Virus record (IMG/VR): IMGVR_UViG_3300030708_002507
Location: 1 to 48,358 of that record
Reading direction: 5' to 3' (one strand)
Origin: a virus
Lineage: Duplodnaviria; Caudoviricetes
Length of the DNA: 48,358 nucleotides
In this document: positions 38,223-47,083 of the stretch, one piece after another
Numbering within the stretch: the stretch's first letter is position 1
Layout: every line of letters begins with the position of its first letter
Notes under the pieces: generated by a model
The model's database searches: none
What the model saw: the letters and a program-made list of their open reading frames with translations, nothing else
What the model was told of the DNA's origin: nothing
Made by a program: the position numbers and the translations under genes

Positions 38223-38456
38223 TTAGTCTTGCTGAGAATTTATTTTTTGGAAATATTTTGCAGAATCTAATTGTTCTCTTCTTTTAGAAGACTTTTTCTT
38301 AAAATATCTTCTTTCTCTTAACTCTTGCAATGTACCTGCATCTTTTAATGCACGTTTCCAAAATCGGATTGCAAATCCTATATCACCTTTTACTACAGAT
38401 GCACCAAGTGGTTGAGCTGGTATATGTGATTGCCAAATTTTATGTTTCTTGTTCAT
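38223..38456 (-). CDS. rpsU: Phage-encoded 30S ribosomal protein bS21 homolog
   Basis: VVKGDIGFAIRFWKRALKDAGTLQELRERRYFKKKSSKRRE fits the bS21 pattern (I..A.R.FKR.....G...E.R.R..F.KPS..RR). Size and head-gene location fit known phage bS21. Confidence 0.78.
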   Translation of the reverse strand: MNKKHKIWQSHIPAQPLGASVVKGDIGFAIRFWKRALKDAGTLQELRERRYFKKKSSKRREQLDSAKYFQKINSQQD

Positions 38457-38485
38457 ATAACTATTTTATGATTATAACTATTCTT

Positions 38486-38515
38486 AATATAAAGAATATA
38501 TTTCAATAAACCAAA
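38486..38515 (-). promoter_or_regulatory. Class A promoter for bS21
   Basis: TTTGG-N18-TTATATT. Confidence 0.6.
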
Positions 38516-38519
38516 TATA

Positions 38520-39041
38520 TTAAGACTTTTTTACAGCTTTTGTTACAGCTTTTCTTCTATTTAATAAATAAGCATCTGTTTTATCTTTATCACCATCATT
38601 GTCAATATCACCATCTTCTTGTCCTACTGGATCTAAAGCTTCTCCTATCTTATAATACTTATTTAATATACCACCCATATCTTCATATGCTGATTCTAGT
38701 CTTTGCTGTAATGTATGAACTTCACCTGCCGTTTTTTCAAATACTTTATAAGCTTCTTTTAACTGTTTCATATGACGACTAGTAGTAACATTATCAAACC
38801 AATGTTCTGATTCTTGTAATGTAAGAGATTCTGCTATCTTTACTATATGACCTAATTCTTCAGTTATTTCCCTTAACGATGAATTTCTATATATATTATC
38901 ACCCATTGTATGATAATTACCGACAGCTTCAGTAAACGCTTTTTTTTGTTCTGATGTTAATTTTTGATCCTTTTCATCTTGTCCAAAATTTTCATTTAGA
39001 AAAGATTTTAACATTTGTTTTTCAAATTTATTTGTTGCCAT
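38520..39041 (-). CDS. Putative prohead/internal head protein with a DxDxDG motif
   Basis: [21 protein letters not shown]; LxE sites; in the head operon. Confidence 0.6.
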   Translation of the reverse strand: MATNKFEKQMLKSFLNENFGQDEKDQKLTSEQKKAFTEAVGNYHTMGDNIYRNSSLREITEELGHIVKIAESLTLQESEHWFDNVTTSRHMKQLKEAYKVFEKTAGEVHTLQQRLESAYEDMGGILNKYYKIGEALDPVGQEDGDIDNDGDKDKTDAYLLNRRKAVTKAVKKS

Positions 39042-39427
39042 TATAGATTCCTCTTTTGTCTTTCTAAATATTTTTGAAGATCTTCTAATCCTTTCATAGC
39101 ACTCATCATATATCTAGATACTTGCTTTTCTGCTGTTTGATATATATAATCACCAGTTTCATCACCTTTCATTTCTATACCAGTACCTAACTCTTGATGA
39201 AAATCTTGTAGCTGCTCTAATAGTTCATTTATTTGATCTGAAAAATATTCAACATCAATACCAACTTTAACGCCAGCATCTTCCATCTCTCCTCTAGATT
39301 TCATTTTAGGAAAAGCTTGAACCATTGGATTTTCATTTAATAAAGAATCTTCCATTTTTAAATTATTGGCTTTTGCAAACTCTGCTCTGCCTTCAAAAAG
39401 TCTTTGATATTGTTTTTTCAAATTCAT
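39041..39427 (-). CDS. Hypothetical head-operon protein (start revised to ATG at 39427)
   Basis: GGAG 7 nt upstream of [13 protein letters not shown]; this start avoids overlap with the upstream gene. Confidence 0.65.
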   Translation of the reverse strand: MNLKKQYQRLFEGRAEFAKANNLKMEDSLLNENPMVQAFPKMKSRGEMEDAGVKVGIDVEYFSDQINELLEQLQDFHQELGTGIEMKGDETGDYIYQTAEKQVSRYMMSAMKGLEDLQKYLERQKRNL

Positions 39428-39428
39428 T

Positions 39429-39689
39429 TTAGTACTCCACTGTATCAATATATGATGTAGGTTTTCCTCCTGTCATACCGTATTTAGATCCATCTTTAAC
39501 GCCTTCTAATCCTGTATTCTTTTTAGCTTCAAAAGCGAATGGATCTTTAGTTACTGTTGCTGAATACTTTGAAGCATTATTTGCTCCAAGAGTTTCTAAT
39601 CCAGCATTCTTCTTACCTTCTCCTGCCAACGTATCTGTTTTTGGAAGATTAGGATTTGGTCCATATTGTGATTGCATATCTTTTAGCAT
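39429..39689 (-). CDS. Small hypothetical protein with internal duplication (KKNAGLE..SKY / KKNTGLE..SKY)
   Basis: 86 aa with AAGGAG RBS. Confidence 0.65.
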   Translation of the reverse strand: MLKDMQSQYGPNPNLPKTDTLAGEGKKNAGLETLGANNASKYSATVTKDPFAFEAKKNTGLEGVKDGSKYGMTGGKPTSYIDTVEY

Positions 39690-39690
39690 A

Positions 39691-40293
39691 TTAGAACTCC
39701 TTTATTATATCAGTTATTAATTTATTTACATTATTATATTTATCATTTGTTTTTTGTTTTCCTTCGTTTACTGGAGATAAGAATGCTCCATGAGTTGATG
39801 GATTAGAAACAAAATCAAATGCAATTAGTTCAAAATCTGGTTGTACTTCTAAAGTTTCGTCACCTTCTCTCATTACTTCTTTTACAGAACCCATACCTCT
39901 TGAACTAATACCTAATCTAATACCAGACTTGAAAAGTTCTTTCAATATATTTCCTGCAGGAGTAGAAAGTACTTCAACAGTTCCAACTAAATCATTACCT
40001 TGCCAATTCATGCCCAAAACATTATGAGACACGTTATTTAAATTTACTACAGACGAATCTGGATGATCTAATTCTCCTAAAGCTCTTTTTTCTTTAATAA
40101 AAGATTCTTCATACTTACCAGCTTCTCTCATTAAAGTTTCTTTTGGATATATTCTACCATTTTGATTTTTGGCTTCTGCTCTTTGAAGAACTCCAGAAAC
40201 AATTAATTTTCCGCCATTTTTTGATAGGCTTTCATTTATTTGTTGAGGAGTAATCTCAAATGTTTGATAATTAACTAATAATTGTTTTGACAT
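39691..40293 (-). CDS. Prohead protease (T4 gp21-like)
   Basis: NQNGRIYP, ALGELDHP, GISSRGMGS and DFVSNPS. Confidence 0.95.
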   Translation of the reverse strand: MSKQLLVNYQTFEITPQQINESLSKNGGKLIVSGVLQRAEAKNQNGRIYPKETLMREAGKYEESFIKEKRALGELDHPDSSVVNLNNVSHNVLGMNWQGNDLVGTVEVLSTPAGNILKELFKSGIRLGISSRGMGSVKEVMREGDETLEVQPDFELIAFDFVSNPSTHGAFLSPVNEGKQKTNDKYNNVNKLITDIIKEF

Positions 40294-40303
40294 TTTTTGA
40301 CTC

Positions 40304-40834
40304 CTATTGTGATAATTCTTTTAATCGATTTGCAATTCTAGTCATTCTTTCATTTATCTTTGCAAATCTTCTACCAGTTGATTTCCAAAAATGATCTGAA
40401 TTCACACCCATTTCTGTTTTCAATCTAATATTATTATTTACGATCTTTTCCATTAATCCTAACATTTTATTAACTTCTGCTATACCTCTGTTAACTTTTT
40501 GTTGTGGAGTTGAAGTTGGATCTTTTTTAAAATCTCTATACGATGTTTCATTTAACTGACCAGTTTCATGAATCATTGACATCATTTTTTTATATAATGA
40601 ATCTTTTACCATTGCATATCCTGTTGCTGTTTCAGCATTATCTTTTTGTTTTTTCTTTGACTTTGATGAATCATCTCCAAATGCATATGGAGTTTTAGGA
40701 GGACCTTCTCCTCCATCAATATTGCTAGTTACATTAGCTTCACCTAATTCTTCATCGCTGTGCTGATACTCTATCTTTTCGTCTTCTTTTTCTTCTTCAG
40801 CTAGGAATTGTTTAAATTTTTTCATATAATCCAT
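40304..40834 (-). CDS. Putative prohead core protein
   Basis: LGE/LNE sites and TPYAF motif; between portal and protease. Confidence 0.55.
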   Translation of the reverse strand: MDYMKKFKQFLAEEEKEDEKIEYQHSDEELGEANVTSNIDGGEGPPKTPYAFGDDSSKSKKKQKDNAETATGYAMVKDSLYKKMMSMIHETGQLNETSYRDFKKDPTSTPQQKVNRGIAEVNKMLGLMEKIVNNNIRLKTEMGVNSDHFWKSTGRRFAKINERMTRIANRLKELSQ

Positions 40835-40844
40835 TTATCAACTC

Positions 40845-41174
40845 CTATCCACCTTTCGCATTATTTAATTTAAATACAGTACAATTACCAGTTGCTCCAA
40901 CTTTTACACCTTTAATACCTATTTCAACAATTGTATTAGTACCAAGCTGAGCAGTTGGAATAACAGCTCCGCTAGATGCTGTTACAAATAAATTGGTTGC
41001 GTCACCAACTATGATAGCTCCATATCCTTGACCATCTAAATCAACACTTCCAGCCGATGCTGGAATTACTCTTGCTCCAACATATTTTCCTGGTTCAAAT
41101 TGATTTCTTCCATAATAGCTACTAGTTGTATAACCAGCAAACCAATTTTCTTTTTGTGATGGATTAGCGCTCAT
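40845..41174 (-). CDS. Hypothetical small beta-rich virion protein
   Basis: 109 aa; TAATG-coupled with GGAG RBS. Confidence 0.6.
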   Translation of the reverse strand: MSANPSQKENWFAGYTTSSYYGRNQFEPGKYVGARVIPASAGSVDLDGQGYGAIIVGDATNLFVTASSGAVIPTAQLGTNTIVEIGIKGVKVGATGNCTVFKLNNAKGG

Positions 41175-42046
41175 TATTTAATCTCCACTTTTTTAAGTTC
41201 CTTGATCAATTCATAATAACGTAGCATTGTTAAAACATCTTTATCTTTAACTACTCCACGACCTTGTAATTCAGATAGCATATTGTTGACTTCATTTAGT
41301 TTTATTTTAACTATTTTGGAACCTACTCGTGAAGAAGCTCGTTTTAACTCCTTTTGGATAACTGGAATCTCATTGGTAATAAATTCTTTTAATGCAACAG
41401 TATTTGTTACATTGTTAATATATTCACGAAGAATATTCTTTTGACGTTGATTAAGTCCATTATATTTATCATTAAATTTATCAATCAACATTTTATAAGA
41501 TAGCAATCTTACATCTTTTGGTTGAACTGCATATGTTTCTTTTATTACACCGCCTCTTTTTTGTTTAACGGGATTGGCTAATGTATTTCTTAAAACATGT
41601 TCTACCAATGTAGCTTTTGATCTAACTATTTGAGCTGGATTATCTACTTCTGCATATTCAAATAATTTATATGCTGCAGCCATTATATTATAATTAGATA
41701 CTCTTGATTTAAAAAAGTTATCGATAATAAATGTATCATTGATTTCTTTTATTAAATTATATTTTTGTCTACGAAGTGCTCCTTCATTTAATGACTTTCT
41801 TGCAGTTACGCATGCTTGCAAAAATTTTTGTGCACTTGTTTCTGATTTAAACTCTTCTTCTTGAAGTGTTCTATACAGCTGTAATTCTTTTCCTAATTCA
41901 GTTCCTGATTTAAAATGTCTTTTGATGATTGGCAAGGCTTTTGTCTTACGACCATGCATAGTGTCAGCAGCAACTTGTCTTACCAGCATTTCGAAAAGAA
42001 TACCTGTATTTTTATACTTTGAATGCTTAATTTTTTTCATTGACAC
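41174..42046 (-). CDS. Hypothetical head-module protein
   Basis: 290-aa helical protein starting KIKHSKYKNTGILFE; follows the portal gene. Confidence 0.7.
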   Translation of the reverse strand: MSMKKIKHSKYKNTGILFEMLVRQVAADTMHGRKTKALPIIKRHFKSGTELGKELQLYRTLQEEEFKSETSAQKFLQACVTARKSLNEGALRRQKYNLIKEINDTFIIDNFFKSRVSNYNIMAAAYKLFEYAEVDNPAQIVRSKATLVEHVLRNTLANPVKQKRGGVIKETYAVQPKDVRLLSYKMLIDKFNDKYNGLNQRQKNILREYINNVTNTVALKEFITNEIPVIQKELKRASSRVGSKIVKIKLNEVNNMLSELQGRGVVKDKDVLTMLRYYELIKELKKVEIK

Positions 42047-42076
42047 ATTGTCCCGTTTGTTTGCTATCTATTTTTA

Positions 42077-42085
42077 AATAAATAT
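42077..42085 (-). promoter_or_regulatory. Class B motif variant ATATTTATT
   Basis: Intergenic, after the portal gene. Confidence 0.55.
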
Positions 42086-42103
42086 AGAGTTTTTGGACTT
42101 TCA

Positions 42104-43990
42104 CTACGATTTTTCTTCTTGAATCAATATATCTTCATCAAGCATTGTTCCTTTATCAGGATCAACTTTCTTACTATTTAAACTTTCATGAAGAATTTTT
42201 GATGATTTTGATCGTTTCTGAATCATATCAGCAAAAGCTTTTGCTTCTGTATTTAGTGGTGATCCACCTCTATAATTATGTTGCAACGGAGATTTATCCG
42301 CTGCAAATGTTTTATCTAAACCTTTACTACCTAATGCATCTCTACCATAATCTGAATTTGCTCTTCCATAAGATCCAAACTTTTTTGGACGGCCTGGTCC
42401 TGCAACTGGATCATCAGCTCCTTCATCTTGCTGTCCTGGTATATCTAATTTATTTTGTACATGCATTGCAGCTATATCATGAGGTGTTCCAAATGACTGA
42501 TTTGTTTTCTTTGGATCATTACCTTCTGATTTAATTTGTTCTTTTCTAAAGTCTTCTTTAAGATCTTCAATTACTTGTGCTGATTCTGCTTCCCATTCAT
42601 CTTGACTCATACCAAATACATTTTCATAAATATATCTTTGTGAAAACATTCCTGATTCTTTGAAGTTAGATACCAATCCAAGTTTTTCATTTAATAATTC
42701 TACTTTTTGTTTTTCATAAACGATAGATGGATTAGTTAACGATAAATCAAAGTTAATTAAATCTTCATCTGTATATCCTTGTGTATATAAATGTACAATT
42801 GCAATCTTAGTTAATTCAGAAGTAAATATTTTTTGTATTCTTTCAATGGTTCTTGCAAATCTAATATCTTCTGCTGCTAAAGTTGCTTTTCCTTCAACTC
42901 CTTCATCATATCCTAAAAAGGCTTTTGGTATTCTTAATGCTGCATGCATTTTATTTCTTAAATAATCTATATCTTCTGTCTGACCATCATTTGATGTACC
43001 AGGTAATGATTCAATAGTTGTTCCAGATTCGCCACCTCTTACTGGAAGATAATAATCTTCAAGCATGTTTTGTAAATTAAATTTAAGATTATAATCACCT
43101 GTCTTCTCATCCATATAAGGAACTTTTTTCATTTTGTTCATTATTTGTTGCATATGAGAATCAACTTCATTTGCTGGAATATTACCAACATCAATCTTAA
43201 ATATTCTTCTTTCTGGTGCTCTCATTATTCTATGAAGTAACATTGCATCTTCCATCAACATTAATTGTTTAAAGATTTTTCTTGCACCTTCAATCATTGA
43301 TTTACCGTATGGTAAAAAGTTTGTATCAGATAACAATCTAAAATGTGCAATTTCATAAGGATCATATTCTAATTGAGAATTACCTCCTACACCTCCAATA
43401 TTACTCATACCTTCATAGAAAAATTTTACTGCATAAGGATTTTGATCATCAAATTGTTCTTCACGTCTCATTTCATATGCAGATAATGGTGTAACATTTA
43501 CAATACCAATTTCTTCATTAATGTCTAAATGCAAATAAAAATCACCATACTTACATGCATTTCTTATCCATGGCCATAAATTATATTCAATATTTAATAC
43601 ATCATAAAATAAATTTCTTAATATTTTTCTTATATTGTCATCTGGCGAACTAATTGTCAATGTATCTCCGTCTGCATCTTTAACAGTAGACTCATCAGCA
43701 TAAATATCTAATGCAGAAGATATGATTGGGTCCATATCCATACCTTCATAATCAGTATATAATTCTACACGATTTTGATGATAATTTGCAGTATTATTAT
43801 ATGTACTATATCCTGGATTTCTTTGATGTATTCCTGAAAATCTATCAATATATTTTGTTTGTTTCATGTTACCAAGAGACTGTAACTTATTTGAATCTAC
43901 AACTTGTAGTCTTTTCTTTCCAATTCTACGAACTATCACGTTTGTTGAAAAGAGTCTTCTTAATCTTGATCTTAATGATGTATTTGCCAT
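42104..43990 (-). CDS. Portal protein (T4 gp20-like)
   Basis: EDAMLLHRIMRAPERRIFKIDVGNIP, EDYYLPVRGG and EDIRFARTIERIQ. Confidence 0.96.
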   Translation of the reverse strand: MANTSLRSRLRRLFSTNVIVRRIGKKRLQVVDSNKLQSLGNMKQTKYIDRFSGIHQRNPGYSTYNNTANYHQNRVELYTDYEGMDMDPIISSALDIYADESTVKDADGDTLTISSPDDNIRKILRNLFYDVLNIEYNLWPWIRNACKYGDFYLHLDINEEIGIVNVTPLSAYEMRREEQFDDQNPYAVKFFYEGMSNIGGVGGNSQLEYDPYEIAHFRLLSDTNFLPYGKSMIEGARKIFKQLMLMEDAMLLHRIMRAPERRIFKIDVGNIPANEVDSHMQQIMNKMKKVPYMDEKTGDYNLKFNLQNMLEDYYLPVRGGESGTTIESLPGTSNDGQTEDIDYLRNKMHAALRIPKAFLGYDEGVEGKATLAAEDIRFARTIERIQKIFTSELTKIAIVHLYTQGYTDEDLINFDLSLTNPSIVYEKQKVELLNEKLGLVSNFKESGMFSQRYIYENVFGMSQDEWEAESAQVIEDLKEDFRKEQIKSEGNDPKKTNQSFGTPHDIAAMHVQNKLDIPGQQDEGADDPVAGPGRPKKFGSYGRANSDYGRDALGSKGLDKTFAADKSPLQHNYRGGSPLNTEAKAFADMIQKRSKSSKILHESLNSKKVDPDKGTMLDEDILIQEEKS

Positions 43991-44005
43991 AGTTTTCTAC
44001 TTTTA

Positions 44006-44014
44006 TATAAATAT
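44006..44014 (-). promoter_or_regulatory. Class B motif for portal
   Basis: ATATTTATA. Confidence 0.6.
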
Positions 44015-44021
44015 GATTGTA

Positions 44022-45605
44022 TTATAAAAGCCAGGTTAAATCGTCGTTGTCTTTATCTCCGCTTTTCCAATCCCATCCTGAACCTTTTAAATCTGTTTTT
44101 GTTGAATATACTCCTTGGTCTGCTTTACCTATACCGCCTAGTGATTTTCTATTTAAATCCATACCTTGTTGATGTAATCTTAATGCTGTATCTCTCATCC
44201 ATAATCCAGTTGCAAAAGACATGACCAAATCATCATTATAACCTCTTGCTGCCTCAGCTCTATGACCTAACCATATAAATGTAAATAATTCATCTACTAA
44301 CCTTTTACTAAAAATTAATGGTGTTTTATCTCTAAAATAAGTTTCTAGCTTAGAAATAACTAATGGACGCGTTCTTGATGTCATTGAAAATCCTGGAACT
44401 TTTTGTGATTTCTTTTTCAAATCATATCCTTTTTTCAAGTGTATTTCTTCATCTAAATATCCATCTTGCTTATAAGAATAGTATAAATTTGTATATCCTT
44501 TATCTAAAGCCACTTGAATAGATGCCCAACCTATATTTGCATTTTCTATTACTAGCAATGCATTATTATATTCTGTAGCAACTGATACTAACATATTACC
44601 ATATTCGGTGGTTCCTATCTTACCTCTATATTCAGCAACTTGTTTACATTGTTCTGTATCAAATACATGAAATGCAGAGTAATCTGTTGAATCTCCTCTT
44701 GCAACATCAGCTACTACCATATATGATTTTGAATAATTTGCATATTCCCATATCCAATAATTACCATCAAATCCTCTTTTTTCCAAAGGATCTTTTACAT
44801 ATGTTTCATTATACCATTGTAATATTTCACCATCAACAACAGTATGACCAGATGAAATAAAGTCACAATCACATTCTTGCGCGGCCATTTTTTCACCTAA
44901 TAGTTCTGTTTGTTTTGCTCTCCAAGCATCATCTCTATCAGGATGTACTGTCCAATGGAGCATTATATTATTAAACTCGCCTCCTGCGGTTGCTTCTACC
45001 CATTGTTTATGAAACCAATTACCAACACCATTTGGAGTTGACAATGCTATACAATCACCACCAGTTGCTAATGTTTGCTGAGCTGCTGTCCATATATCAT
45101 CAATCTTATCAATAAATGCGGCCTCATCAAATATCAATAACGATAAGGCTTCCGATCTACCAGCATCACCTTTTGATGATATGGCTTTGATCTGCGAACC
45201 ATTGTTTAATCTTAATGAAAGTTTATTATCTTCTGCAACAGAACCTTTTAACCATTTAGGTAAATTTTCGTGCATTACACGTACTTTGGTAACAAGATTT
45301 TTTGCTACATCTTGTTTAGTTGCAATTACTAGAACATTGAAGTCTGATTTAAATAACATTCTCCATAATGCATATCCGGCTGTTAAAGTTGAAATACCTA
45401 ACTGTCTAGACTTAAGAATAATATTATATCTGTTTTGTGATATTTGAGTTAAAGATTCTTCTTGAAATGGGTATAGATTAAAGTAAATTTTTCCTTGAGT
45501 TGGATGTTGAATAATACAGTATTTTCTCATGAAATGTACTGGATCTTGTACACATCTTTTATATTCATCACGTATGATTTCCTTTAATGTTTTCTTTACC
45601 GCCAT
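44022..45605 (-). CDS. Terminase large subunit (T4 gp17-like)
   Basis: LKSRQLGIST (Walker A), LIFDEAAF (Walker B), STPNG, and nuclease motifs VADVARG and NDDLV. Confidence 0.96.
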   Translation of the reverse strand: MAVKKTLKEIIRDEYKRCVQDPVHFMRKYCIIQHPTQGKIYFNLYPFQEESLTQISQNRYNIILKSRQLGISTLTAGYALWRMLFKSDFNVLVIATKQDVAKNLVTKVRVMHENLPKWLKGSVAEDNKLSLRLNNGSQIKAISSKGDAGRSEALSLLIFDEAAFIDKIDDIWTAAQQTLATGGDCIALSTPNGVGNWFHKQWVEATAGGEFNNIMLHWTVHPDRDDAWRAKQTELLGEKMAAQECDCDFISSGHTVVDGEILQWYNETYVKDPLEKRGFDGNYWIWEYANYSKSYMVVADVARGDSTDYSAFHVFDTEQCKQVAEYRGKIGTTEYGNMLVSVATEYNNALLVIENANIGWASIQVALDKGYTNLYYSYKQDGYLDEEIHLKKGYDLKKKSQKVPGFSMTSRTRPLVISKLETYFRDKTPLIFSKRLVDELFTFIWLGHRAEAARGYNDDLVMSFATGLWMRDTALRLHQQGMDLNRKSLGGIGKADQGVYSTKTDLKGSGWDWKSGDKDNDDLTWLL

Positions 45606-45615
45606 AGTTTACTTA

Positions 45616-45645
45616 AATATAAGAAATTTTTTTCAGAAAACCAAA
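45616..45645 (-). promoter_or_regulatory. Class A promoter for terminase
   Basis: TTTGG-N18-TTATATTTA. Confidence 0.6.
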
Positions 45646-45656
45646 TGAAAATAGGA

Positions 45657-46055
45657 TTATTTTTTTGAACGTTTTTCAAATGAACGACCACCAAAATAAG
45701 CACCAATAACTGTAATAAGAACTAATTGTAATAAATCTGTCCATTTTTCTTCTACTACAAATTTTATTGAACCTGCATCAATAAAAATCATTAACACTGT
45801 ACATACTACTAAAAATGCTAACACTAATGGTCTTATATTTTTTGATAACCATGAATCAGAATTCATGTCTGCCTTCCAGCGATCAGTTATATTCTGTTCC
45901 ATTTTAGTTTCATAATCTGCTATAAGCTGTTTCATTTTTCTTTTTGCTTCTAGCTTTTCTTCTTTACTGGTTGTTAGATTATCAAGTACACCACCAACTG
46001 ATTCTACTAGTTCTCCGGCCCCACCTGAAAATAATTTTCCTAATCCTAGTCCCAT
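45657..46055 (-). CDS. Holin (3TM / GTA-holin-like family)
   Basis: DSWLSKNIRPL, two hydrophobic helices, and GAYFGGRSFEK. Confidence 0.78.
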   Translation of the reverse strand: MGLGLGKLFSGGAGELVESVGGVLDNLTTSKEEKLEAKRKMKQLIADYETKMEQNITDRWKADMNSDSWLSKNIRPLVLAFLVVCTVLMIFIDAGSIKFVVEEKWTDLLQLVLITVIGAYFGGRSFEKRSKK

Positions 46056-46057
46056 AA

Positions 46058-46723
46058 TTAATCTCCTTTAAGTCCTTTAAGGACATTCTTTTTATATTCG
46101 TTATATTCTGATAAAACTTTTTTATCAAATTCTTCTGGTGTCATTGCTTCTTTGAATGTTTCAATGTCACCGTCTGCATTTTGTACATTTTTTATTTCCT
46201 GAGTTAACATTTTTCTTAACCCTTCAACATCACCGTCCGCATCTTTAAAAAATGATTTTGCATTTTCATACATTCTTTCTTTTTGGTATTTTTCCCAAGC
46301 TTCTGGATCGTTTCTTAAATTTGTTTCCATTCTAACAACGCAATCGAAACATGTTTTATGAGTTACCCAAAATTTTCTATTTAGACGCTCTTCTTTACCA
46401 TGCATGGATTGACCACATTTAGGACATGTAGCAGGCATAGCCAATGACTTTTGGGCTTCTCTAACAGCATGGCCTGTTTCTGATTCTCGTGACTTAAATC
46501 CATTATGTTGAGTAACACGAGTTCTATTACCATTTGCATCTGTTTCAATCCAAACTTTTGGTTTACCGTCTTCAAACTTTTCTATAATATCTTCTTCTGG
46601 AATTTCTGTAGATGTTTTTCCATAGTAATGCGTTTGACGAGTTTGTGTTTTATGAGTACCCGACAGCATTTCTTTGATAGCTTTTACATTTTGTAGTTTG
46701 CTACTTGCATTTGATTTTGCCAT
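46058..46723 (-). CDS. Hypothetical protein with a CxxC...CxxC zinc finger
   Basis: CPKC and CFDC. Confidence 0.7.
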   Translation of the reverse strand: MAKSNASSKLQNVKAIKEMLSGTHKTQTRQTHYYGKTSTEIPEEDIIEKFEDGKPKVWIETDANGNRTRVTQHNGFKSRESETGHAVREAQKSLAMPATCPKCGQSMHGKEERLNRKFWVTHKTCFDCVVRMETNLRNDPEAWEKYQKERMYENAKSFFKDADGDVEGLRKMLTQEIKNVQNADGDIETFKEAMTPEEFDKKVLSEYNEYKKNVLKGLKGD

Positions 46724-46746
46724 ATTATATAACCTTTAAAATTTTA

Positions 46747-47055
46747 CTAAACTTCTTTATCGCCTGCTCTTCTTGCCTGCTGCTTCATTTTAACTAACTG
46801 ACTTCTTAATTGTGATACTTTATTAATTGGTAATCCAACCATATCAGCAAATTTTATAATAGCTTGAGCCTTTTCTATATCAGTTCTTAATTGTGCTAAA
46901 AATCTAGATAAACCTTTTCTTTCAAGGTAATTAAAAATTCTAGATACTTTTTGTCGTTCAGAACTACCTAAGCCAGATCCATATTGTGAAGGAGCTTCGT
47001 CTAACGCTTTTCGAATTTCATTTCTAATAGCTTTTCTTAATTTTTCTTCGTTCAT
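46747..47055 (-). CDS. Small late protein with LRxxIRxxI..LxE N-terminus
   Basis: MNEEKLRKAIRNEIRKALDE; class B motif upstream. Confidence 0.65.
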   Translation of the reverse strand: MNEEKLRKAIRNEIRKALDEAPSQYGSGLGSSERQKVSRIFNYLERKGLSRFLAQLRTDIEKAQAIIKFADMVGLPINKVSQLRSQLVKMKQQARRAGDKEV

Positions 47056-47073
47056 TGTTATCCCTATTTTTTA

Positions 47074-47082
47074 TATAAATAT
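47074..47082 (-). promoter_or_regulatory. Class B motif
   Basis: ATATTTATA. Confidence 0.6.
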
Positions 47083-47083
47083 G

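Noticed and set aside
46381-46575. 64-aa nested minus-strand ORF
   Set aside because: It is fully inside the Zn-finger gene in another frame, with no RBS or motif.
4964-47082. Plus-strand TATAAATA read as canonical T4 late promoters
   Set aside because: No plus-strand genes follow them, and they sit at consistent short distances before minus-strand starts. Antisense activity is not strictly excluded.
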